20,000 nucleotides of DNA from Mesotaenium endlicherianum (Eukaryota). Made by a program: the position numbers and the translations under genes. Below, one piece after another: positions 11,573-20,000 of the stretch. Position 1 is the stretch's first letter. The number at the start of each line of letters is the position of its first letter. The stretch is from positions 192,809 through 212,808 of the forward strand of contig WELA01001161.1 of NCBI GenBank assembly GCA_009602735.1, written 5' to 3'. The notes beneath the pieces were generated by a model. The model was not told where the DNA came from and searched no databases. It worked only from the letters and a program-made list of their open reading frames with translations.

Positions 11573-14500
11573 GTAAGTTGCATCTGTGCTTTCGGGCGCA
11601 TATTATGGCCGAGGAGAGAGAAAAAGCATAACAGAGAAGCTCGAATAGACTCTCAAATGTCAGATTGTAGGAGACAAGAACAATCAGAACCATACACCAC
11701 TTGCAGGAAGCTTGGTTCTGCATCATAGAGGGTATAGCGGAGCTGACCGGATGCTTTCTTTTCGTTGGCAGTCTTCCATGCAAGACTCGGAGACCAACCA
11801 GACATACAGCTGCGTCAATCTTTATTTTATGTGCCAGGTGCTATTCTTTCACTTTCCTCTTTCCCGAAGTGATCCGCACTTTTTACGAACCTACCTGAAT
11901 GTGCGTTTCCTTGCATCCTAGGTAGAGGAAGCTCGAAGGAGCCTGAAGTCATCCCAATTCTCTTTCTACTGAAGCCTTACGGAACATGGCAGTAGAGAGC
12001 CCCCTCCCAGCCTGCTGCTGCTCCTGAATCACGGGTACATTTCTTTTACGCAGGACGGCTCTATGTTCAAATCCCAAGTGAAGTTCCAGCCTTACTTCTA
12101 CATTGCAACTAAGGTATGAACCTGGGTCCCTACCTGACGGGGTGCTCACAACCTCACTCGCTTTTCGAAGTCAAGGAATGCTTGGGTCCCAGGTACGAAT
12201 TTTACTCTGTAATTGAGTAAGCCAGTCTCATACCATATCTCACGCACTTTCAAAATCAAAGGAGAATCTGGGTACCCCATGACGAGGTTCTCACATTTAT
12301 CAACACTTTCAAGAGTCAACAGTGGAGGAGACGTTCATAGGACTCTGCAATTCATTCTCTGCACCTCCTCCTGCCAGGCTCCCGTCGGAGCTAACTTGGA
12401 CCTGCTAGTGAGGGAGAAAGTGGTGCTGAGCTGTAGCATTGAAGCATTTCTTGTGATTCTGACTTGAATGGGTTAGATAGTGCGGGAGAAAGTGGAGCTG
12501 GAAATCCGAAGCCTTTCTGCGGAACTGACTCGGACGTGCGGGAACAACAGGGGAAGGTGGAGCTGGAGGTCGACGCGTATCTGCGACGAAAGTACGAGGG
12601 CCTGATTGCCAACATCCAGATCGTCGAGAAGGAGGATTTGGATATGGTGCTTCTCTCCTGCACCTCGGGCCTCCATTGTCTCCTCTGTCCTCCTCTGGTT
12701 TTCAGTCTGCTTTCTTGGCGCACAATACTGGAGCCTGTGAAGTGTCCAGAACGTTCTGATGTTGATGCTAGTGCACTTGCTACAACCGATTGCGTAGCAG
12801 TCAGCTGCTGAAGCTCGACCTTGCTGGGTGGGGCACCTAAGGGAGATAGATTATGGAGGAGGGGGAAGGGGGAAGGGGGAGCGGGAAGGGGGGAGGTGCG
12901 GTGAAGAATCCGAGGGCAATGGTAGCATCAGCACATCAACCATCGAGTATGCGCTTCTAGGCGAGCAAGAGCACGGCATTACTCTGAATCCTCACGCGTT
13001 CTGCCAGTGCCTGCAAGAATGTTCAGCAGGCTGAAGGTGCCTGAGCTCTGACATGTGGCACCCCTCCAGCGACCCTGCTCGTGCCCCTCCTAGACCCGTC
13101 GGGTGCCAAAAGTAAGCTGCTGCCAAATTTAAGCTGTGCAGTTCAGTGAGGCTGCCGAGGGAGCCCCGCCACACAAAGTGGGGCGGGGGGTGGGGACCAT
13201 TCGCCTTAGGTGCAGTGCAGGGAAGCGAGGGAGCAGTTCCTGGAGAGCCTAGCCCCTCAGGGTGGGGAGCATTCGCCAGAGGTTGGGTGGGACGCAAGCG
13301 TACAGGTCCGGGGTGCACAGCCACAAGCAATCTCCAGAGGGAGAGCTGCTTGCCTCGTCATCCTTCATTGCTGGCCATGGCTGGTGCAGGCTCTGCAGAC
13401 ACTGAGCATATAGGAGGGGTAGACAGGCGGGCAGGAGCAGGCAGGGAGACCCAACCTCTGGGTGCGATCCCGCTGCTTGCGCAGAAAAATTGACTCCCTG
13501 ACTGTGTCCACTCCTCCTGCCTGTGCTGCCCTGCCGCCTGGCCTGGCCTTGGCCTGGCGTGCGCAGAAGAACCACCTGTCGGGGCGCCGGCGCACCTTCC
13601 TCAAGGTCAGCTTCCTGACGGTGCAGAACCTGATGGAGGTCAAGAAGGACATCCTGCCCGTCGTCGCGCGCAACCAGGCGAAGCTGGAAGCCGCCGAGGC
13701 CTACGAGAGCCTGCAGCAGGGCCTCAGGTCTGCCTATCGTGCTGGTCCGGGCTGTGCTGGGCTGTGCTGGGGCCGGCTGGGGCGGGGCTTGCTGTGCTGC
13801 TACTGTCGCTTTCTCGGCTGGCTGGGAAGCTGACGCAGGCCCCTCCCTCTCTCGCTGCCTCCCTCCCGCTGCCTCCCTCCCTCTCACTCCCTCTCGCTCC
13901 CTCCTCCCAACCTCCCTCTCGTTCCCTCCCTCTCACTCCCCCCCCGTCACTCTTTCCCTCTCGCTCCCTCTCTCTCTGATTCCCTCCCACTCACGCCCTT
14001 GTATTACTGTTGGGCTGCCTGCAAGCAGTGGACGATGCAGCTGTGAGTGTCTCCTACCCTTTTGCAATTTCGGCCTGCCTGCATGTGGCGGACGCGAGTG
14101 AGATCGCCCCAGGGGTAGAGGGAACAGCTGTCACTCCCTCCCCTCCCTCTTGGTGCAGCTGCCAGTCTTTCAGCCTGCCTGCGTGTTGGAAGGGGGTGCA
14201 AGGCGCATTAGGAGCTAAAGGGGCAAGGGACCGGGCCGGAGGGAGACACGTGAGAGGCGCACCCTTCACGTTCCCAGCGAAGCATGGCACTGGAAGCTGC
14301 CGTGCGGCGTTAGACGTCTGCCAAGTCATTTCGTAACAGATCCGAGCGCTTCTTGTCCACCAGCGCCTTGCTGAAGAGGAGATACGCGCGCTGGCAGCCA
14401 CAGGGAGGAAGCACATCATCGCACGCATGCTGCCAAGCTGCCCCCATTGATGCTCTTCTTGCCCTCTCCCAGGCGCAACGTGTACGGTGGTGTGGCGCCC

Positions 14501-16972
14501 GTCGCACTTCCCGCACCGGGCAATTCTAGTTGCCCCATTGGCGCGGGCATGGAGCGGAGGGGGCTGCGACCTGTCGCTTCAAGCTGATACCCACAGTCTT
14601 CGCTGTTTTCGTTCTTGGTATGGGCATTAGGGGGGTGGAGGGCGCGGGCGAGGCGCGCGGCGCGGAGGCGGGGGGGAGGGGGGGGGGCATTTTTCCGACG
14701 CACCACCAAGAACTCAGATGTGCTTTTGATCCTGTTAAAGGGAAACGCGCTTTCACTTCCGTGGGGCTGACCGGCTGGATGGGAGCAGCCTGGGGAGGGA
14801 GGTCCGCGCGCAGAGGCCGGCGGATTACCTGGACAGCATCGTGGAGGTGCGCGAGTACGACGTTCCCTACCACGTGCGCTACACCATCGACCAAGGTCAG
14901 CTCCCAGCCCCTGCCGCAACCTCTCTCTCCCTCCGCTGCACCCTGGAGTGCGACAGCCTCCCTCTTGCAGCCTGCCTCTGCTACAGCCTTCGGCGCTGCA
15001 GCCTCTTTTCCATCACAGCCTCTGCCGCTTTCTCTCCTGCTGCCTCTGCCTCAGCCTCCGCTACAGCCTCGAGTGCTGCAGCCTCGCTTGCAGCGCCTGC
15101 CATAGCCTCCTCGGCTGCAGCCCTTCTTGCGGCCTCGGCTGCAGCGTCCCGGCTCCAGTGCCAGGTCACAGCCCCCCGCCACAGCCTTTCCTGCACCCTC
15201 TGCTACTGCCCCTGAGGGGGCCAGCAGGGAGGGGGCTCGTCAGCAAAAGCCCATGTTTGCTTCTTGAAAGCGTCCACTACTTGGACCCTCTAGCAGGCAG
15301 GCAGGCGGGCAGGGAGGCAGGCAGGGAGGCAGGCAAGCAATGTGCCCCACCCTCCCCTGCCTTGCCCGACCGTTGGCCGCCCCTGTCCCAAGCAGAGGGG
15401 AAGTTACGGTCTACAGCCCAGGCTCGGGCTCAGGGTCTAGGACTCAGAGAGCTCAAGGGTGCGCTGCCGTCGCTGCCGGTGGTCGGGCCGGTGCTGGGGC
15501 CTGTGCGTGCGTGCATATCTGCAGGAGTGAGGTGCGGGCTCGAGTTCACTGTGGCCGAGGAGCACGGGGGAGGTGCCGTGCAGGCTTAGGCATAGGCTTG
15601 GGGCCGGGAGCTGAGGTAGCTCAAGGTGGTGGCGATGGTGGTGCTGCCGCTGCTCGGCGTCGATACCTGTGCGCGTGTGCGCGTACGGGCAGATGCGAGG
15701 TGCGGGGTCTGGCCCACGGTGACAGAGGAGCACGGGAAGGTGTGACGCAGGTCCAGGCCATGTAGGGCTTCGGCCTTAGGGCTACTCAAGGTTTACGGGT
15801 GAGGGTTCAGGGTTTGGGTTTTGGGTATCGGGTGTTGGGCTGAGAGCTTATAAGAAGCTCAAGGACGATGTTGGCCCGTGTGTGCGTGCGTGCGTGCGTG
15901 CGTGCGCGCAGACGTGAGGTGCGGGTTCTGGTACACGGTGGCGGTGGAGCACGGAGAGGTGCGCGTGGAGCGGCGGCGCGACCTGCTGCAGCGCGCGGAG
16001 CCGCGCGTGTGCGCGTTCGACATTGAGACCACGAAGCTGCCCCTCAAGTTCCCCGACGCCGCCTACGACGCCGTCATGATGATCTCCTACATGCTCGACT
16101 CGCAGGGCTTCCTTATCGTCAACCGAGAGGTGTGCGTGCGTGTGCTCGTGCACGCGCGCATGCGTGTGTGTGTGTGCGCGCGTGTGCGCGAGAGTGTGTG
16201 TGTGTGTCTGTGTCTCTGTGTCTGCATGTACGCGCTGCGGGGAACAGAGCGTGCCCCCTCTCCCTCCTCCTCCACCCATTCCCCTCTCCCAGCGCACGCT
16301 TGTGCACACACTGCCCCTCTAATTCCTCCTTCCTTCCCGTGTCCTCCTCCCCTCCTCGTTGTCCTCCTCTTCCCCCCCCTGCCTCCTCCTCTTCCAGAAG
16401 CTTTTATGGAGGAGAGTAGTGGGAGGAGAACCTCAACCAAATGAAATTCTTGACAGAAGGAACGGCACGGGGGGGCCGAAGGGGGGGGGGTGTGCGCCTG
16501 GACTGCACTCATGGCTGCTTTGGCCCACTAGCCTTTAACGCGTATGGATGGTGAGGATTCGTCAACGTTGCTATACACGGGGAGACCAAGAGCCTGCCAG
16601 ATTTGCAGTATGACGTCGATGGTGATGACATCGTCAGTACAGAGAAGAACAGGTTGGAGGGCAAGAGCCGGGGGGAGGAGGAGGAGGAGAAATCGATGCA
16701 GAAGGGAGAGGAGGAGAGGGAGCAGAGGGAGCAGAGGGAGGAGGGGGAGGAGGTGAGTTAAGGAGGGTTCAGATCTGCTGCAGACGATGTTCTTCTAGCG
16801 GGCGCGGCTCCAACTTGTGTCACTGCAGGCATCCCCCACTCAAAGAAGCAACCTCCCTTTCTTGCTTGCTTGCGTGTGCACACAGGTGGTAGGGGAGGAC
16901 ATTGCCGATCTGGAGTACACCCCCAAGGCCGAGTTCGTCGGGCCCTTTACTGTCATCAATACGCCCAACGAG
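11387..16972 (+). CDS. POLE: DNA polymerase epsilon catalytic subunit A (POL2A/POLE1), 5' part; join(11387..11572,11772..11837,12054..12113,12551..12646,13567..13727,14789..14895,15912..16129,16886..16972), ~327 aa, 3'-partial
   Basis: The spliced translation gives Pol epsilon N-terminal signatures: [51 protein letters not shown], the ExoI motif [21 protein letters not shown] and LEYTPK. All introns are GT-AG with consistent phases (0,0,0,0,2,1,0). Confidence 0.97.
11772..11837 (+). CDS. POLE: POLE exon 2
   Basis: GGCAG|TCT...[31 protein letters not shown]. Confidence 0.92.
12054..12113 (+). CDS. POLE: POLE exon 3
   Basis: CGCAG|GAC...[29 protein letters not shown]. This exon is not in the ORF track. 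Confidence 0.93.
12551..12646 (+). CDS. POLE: POLE exon 4
   Basis: AACAG|GGG...[41 protein letters not shown]. Confidence 0.92.
13567..13727 (+). CDS. POLE: POLE exon 5
   Basis: CGCAG|AAG...AG|GTCTGC (phase 2); [53 protein letters not shown]. Confidence 0.9.
13840..13990. repeat. Low-complexity polypyrimidine (CCCT/CT) tract in intron 5
   Basis: Directly visible runs of ccct/ctct. Confidence 0.85.
14789..14895 (+). CDS. POLE: POLE exon 6
   Basis: CTGAC branch-like motif, then AGCAG|C (phase 2); [35 protein letters not shown]; donor G|GTCAG (phase 1). The 5' boundary was chosen by phase. Confidence 0.87.
14930..15210. repeat. Degenerate (GC)TGCAGCCTC-like minisatellite in intron 6 (copy at ~17922-18202)
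   Basis: About ten recurrences of CAGCCT/CAGCC cores at irregular spacing; these produce spurious Ala/Ser-rich ORFs. Confidence 0.75.
15440..15965 (+). repeat. Three diverged tandem units (~170-240 bp), each containing AGCTCAAGG, GTGC repeats, CAG and the first ~47 nt of exon 7; the first two are pseudo-exon-like
   Basis: 15525-15572 encodes [16 protein letters not shown], 15693-15739 encodes [16 protein letters not shown], and the true exon from 15912 encodes [16 protein letters not shown]. Confidence 0.85.
15912..16129 (+). CDS. POLE: POLE exon 7 (start of 3'-5' exonuclease domain, ExoI DIE motif)
   Basis: CGCAG|AC...[26 protein letters not shown]...[39 protein letters not shown]. Confidence 0.96.
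16130..16225. repeat. (GT)n/(GC)n/(GTGC)n microsatellite at the exon 7 donor; a similar (GTGC)n lies at 15877-15909 before the acceptor
   Basis: Alternating purine-pyrimidine runs are directly visible. Confidence 0.9.
16886..16972 (+). CDS. POLE: POLE exon 8
   Basis: CACAG|GTG...[38 protein letters not shown]. Confidence 0.94.
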
Positions 16973-17008
16973 GTGCGTGTGCCCCGCCCCGCCCCACCCT
17001 GCCCCCCC

Positions 17009-17556
17009 NNNNNNNNNNNNNNNNNNNNNNNNNNNNNNNNNNNNNNNNNNNNNNNNNNNNNNNNNNNNNNNNNNNNNNNNNNNNNNNNNNNNNNNNNNNN
17101 NNNNNNNNNNNNNNNNNNNNNNNNNNNNNNNNNNNNNNNNNNNNNNNNNNNNNNNNNNNNNNNNNNNNNNNNNNNNNNNNNNNNNNNNNNNNNNNNNNNN
17201 NNNNNNNNNNNNNNNNNNNNNNNNNNNNNNNNNNNNNNNNNNNNNNNNNNNNNNNNNNNNNNNNNNNNNNNNNNNNNNNNNNNNNNNNNNNNNNNNNNNN
17301 NNNNNNNNNNNNNNNNNNNNNNNNNNNNNNNNNNNNNNNNNNNNNNNNNNNNNNNNNNNNNNNNNNNNNNNNNNNNNNNNNNNNNNNNNNNNNNNNNNNN
17401 NNNNNNNNNNNNNNNNNNNNNNNNNNNNNNNNNNNNNNNNNNNNNNNNNNNNNNNNNNNNNNNNNNNNNNNNNNNNNNNNNNNNNNNNNNNNNNNNNNNN
17501 NNNNNNNNNNNNNNNNNNNNNNNNNNNNNNNNNNNNNNNNNNNNNNNNNNNNNNNN
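17009..17556. other. Assembly gap (548 N)
   Basis: Run of n. Confidence 1.
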
Positions 17557-17756
17557 TGTTAAAGGGAAACGCGCTTTCACTTCCGTGGGGGGGGGCATTT
17601 TTCCGACGCACCACCAAGAACTCAGATGTGCTTTTGATCCTGTTAAAGGGAAACGCGCTTTCACTTCCGTGGGGGGGGGCATTTTTCCGACGCACCACCA
17701 AGAACTCAGATGTGCTTTTGATCCTGTTAAAGGGGAACGCGCTTTCACTTCCGTGG
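17557..17756. repeat. 84-bp tandem repeat, at least 2.4 units, running into the gap (single unit at ~14680-14764 in the first copy)
   Basis: TGTTAAAGGG... recurs at 17557, 17641 and 17725. Confidence 0.97.
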
Positions 17757-20000
17757 TGCTGACCGGCTGGATGGGAGCAGCCTGGGGAGGGAGGTCCGCG
17801 CGCAGAGGCCGGCGGATTACCTGGACAGCATCGTGGAGGTGCGCGAGTACGACGTTCCCTACCACGTGCGCTACACCATCGACCAAGGTCAGCTCCCAGC
17901 CCCTGCCGCAACCTCTCTCTCCCTCCGCTGCACCCTGGAGTGCGACAGCCTCCCTCTTGCAGCCTGCCTCTGCTACAGCCTTCGGCGCTGCAGCCTCTTT
18001 TCCATCACAGCCTCTGCCGCTTTCTCTCCTGCTGCCTCTGCCTCAGCCTCCGCTACAGCCTCGAGTGCTGCAGCCTCGCTTGCAGCGCCTGCCATAGCCT
18101 CCTCGGCTGCAGCCCTTCTTGCGGCCTCGGCTGCAGCGTCCCGGCTCCAGTGCCAGGTCACAGCCCCCCGCCACAGCCTTTCCTGCACCCTCTGCTACTG
18201 CCCCTGAGGGGGCCAGCAGGGAGGGGGCTCGTCAGCAAAAGCCCATGTTTGCTTCTTGAAAGCGTCCACTACTTGGACCCTCTAGCAGGCAGGCAGGCGG
18301 GCAGGGAGGCAGGCAGGGAGGCAGGCAAGCAATGTGCCCCACCCTCCCCTGCCTTGCCCGACCGTTGGCCGCCCCTGTCCCAAGCAGAGGGGAAGTTACG
18401 GTCTACAGCCCAGGCTCGGGCTCAGGGTCTAGGACTCAGAGAGCTCAAGGGTGCGCTGCCGTCGCTGCCGGTGGTCGGGCCGGTGCTGGGGCCTGTGCGT
18501 GCGTGCATATCTGCAGGAGTGAGGTGCGGGCTCGAGTTCACTGTGGCCGAGGAGCACGGGGGAGGTGCCGTGCAGGCTTAGGCATAGGCTTGGGGCCGGG
18601 AGCTGAGGTAGCTCAAGGTGGTGGCGATGGTGGTGCTGCCGCTGCTCGGCGTCGATACCTGTGCGCGTGTGCGCGTACGGGCAGATGCGAGGTGCGGGGT
18701 CTGGCCCACGGTGACAGAGGAGCACGGGAAGGTGTGACGCAGGTCCAGGCCATGTAGGGCTTCGGCCTTAGGGCTACTCAAGGTTTACGGGTGAGGGTTC
18801 AGGGTTTGGGTTTTGGGTATCGGGTGTTGGGCTGAGAGCTTATAAGAAGCTCAAGGACGATGTTGGCCCGTGTGTGCGTGCGTGCGTGCGTGCGTGCGCG
18901 CAGACGTGAGGTGCGGGTTCTGGTACACGGTGGCGGTGGAGCACGGAGAGGTGCGCGTGGAGCGGCGGCGCGACCTGCTGCAGCGCGCGGAGCCGCGCGT
19001 GTGCGCGTTCGACATTGAGACCACGAAGCTGCCCCTCAAGTTCCCCGACGCCGCCTACGACGCCGTCATGATGATCTCCTACATGCTCGACTCGCAGGGC
19101 TTCCTTATCGTCAACCGAGAGGTGTGCGTGCGTGTGCTCGTGCACGCGCGCATGCGTGTGTGTGTGTGCGCGCGTGTGCGCGAGAGTGTGTGTGTGTGTC
19201 TGTGTCTCTGTGTCTGCATGTACGCGCTGCGGGGAACAGAGCGTGCCCCCTCTCCCTCCTCCTCCACCCATTCCCCTCTCCCAGCGCACGCTTGTGCACA
19301 CACTGCCCCTCTAATTCCTCCTTCCTTCCCGTGTCCTCCTCCCCTCCTCGTTGTCCTCCTCTTCCCCCCCCTGCCTCCTCCTCTTCCAGAAGCTTTTATG
19401 GAGGAGAGTAGTGGGAGGAGAACCTCAACCAAATGAAATTCTTGACAGAAGGAACGGCACGGGGGGGCCGAAGGGGGGGGGGTGTGCGCCTGGACTGCAC
19501 TCATGGCTGCTTTGGCCCACTAGCCTTTAACGCGTATGGATGGTGAGGATTCGTCAACGTTGCTATACACGGGGAGACCAAGAGCCTGCCAGATTTGCAG
19601 TATGACGTCGATGGTGATGACATCGTCAGTACAGAGAAGAACAGGTTGGAGGGCAAGAGCCGGGGGGAGGAGGAGGAGGAGAAATCGATGCAGAAGGGAG
19701 AGGAGGAGAGGGAGCAGAGGGAGCAGAGGGAGGAGGGGGAGGAGGTGAGTTAAGGAGGGTTCAGATCTGCTGCAGACGATGTTCTTCTAGCGGGCGCGGC
19801 TCCAACTTGTGTCACTGCAGGCATCCCCCACTCAAAGAAGCAACCTCCCTTTCTTGCTTGCTTGCGTGTGCACACAGGTGGTAGGGGAGGACATTGCCGA
19901 TCTGGAGTACACCCCCAAGGCCGAGTTCGTCGGGCCCTTTACTGTCATCAATACGCCCAACGAGGTGCGTGTGCCCCGCCCCGCCCCACCCTGCCCCCCC
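17670..20000 (+). repeat. Near-identical direct duplicate of ~14678-17008 (offset 2992)
   Basis: ORF-track peptides are identical at +2992. The only differences I found are 14743 A vs 17735 G and 14765 G vs 17757 T. Confidence 0.98.
17781..19964 (+). CDS. POLE: Second copy of POLE exons 6-8: 17781..17887, 18904..19121, 19878..19964 (probably redundant assembly of the same locus)
   Basis: Same peptides and splice sites as 14789-16972. Confidence 0.75.

Noticed and set aside
12118..12196. Imperfect inverted repeat CCTGGGTCCC / GGGTCCCAGG near the intron 3 donor
   Set aside because: Only ~10-13 bp with mismatches and no TSD; not distinguishable from chance.
14896..15800. Ala/Ser/Leu/Cys-rich ORFs of 120-210 aa inside POLE intron 6 (and their duplicates)
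   Set aside because: Products of minisatellite and GC-rich intron sequence.
17557..17756. CRISPR-like array
   Set aside because: Units are whole-length identical with no unique spacers, there are no cas genes, and the context is a eukaryotic intron.
16817..18097. Long ORFs of 230-426 aa
   Set aside because: Artefacts of translating through the N gap.

Overview
Eukaryotic, intron-rich plant-like DNA (GC-rich genes, AT-richer intergenic block). A streptophyte alga or early-diverging plant is my inference from the POL2A-like protein and intron style; it is not proven. (1) 1-2366: 3' end of a + strand gene. A long low-complexity exon is open from the window edge to 1460 and splices in phase 0 to a terminal exon (2163-2366) with an atypical C2H2-like zinc finger. 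(2) ~2900-11100: intergenic block of decayed transposon remnants, including probable LINE fragments and one well-defined 243-bp hAT-type MITE with 15-bp TIRs and an 8-bp TSD, lying between two E2F-like motifs. (3) 11387-16972: first 8 exons (~327 aa) of DNA polymerase epsilon catalytic subunit (POLE/POL2A), including the ExoI motif [15 protein letters not shown]. (4) After a 548-N gap, exons 6-8 and their introns recur almost identically (offset 2992 bp), starting inside an 84-bp tandem array; this is most likely an assembly artefact. The most notable local oddities are two decayed copies of the exon-7 acceptor/5' end in intron 6, the promoter MITE, an N-terminal RGG tract and a rising GC3 gradient. 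I see no convincing novel multi-gene system.
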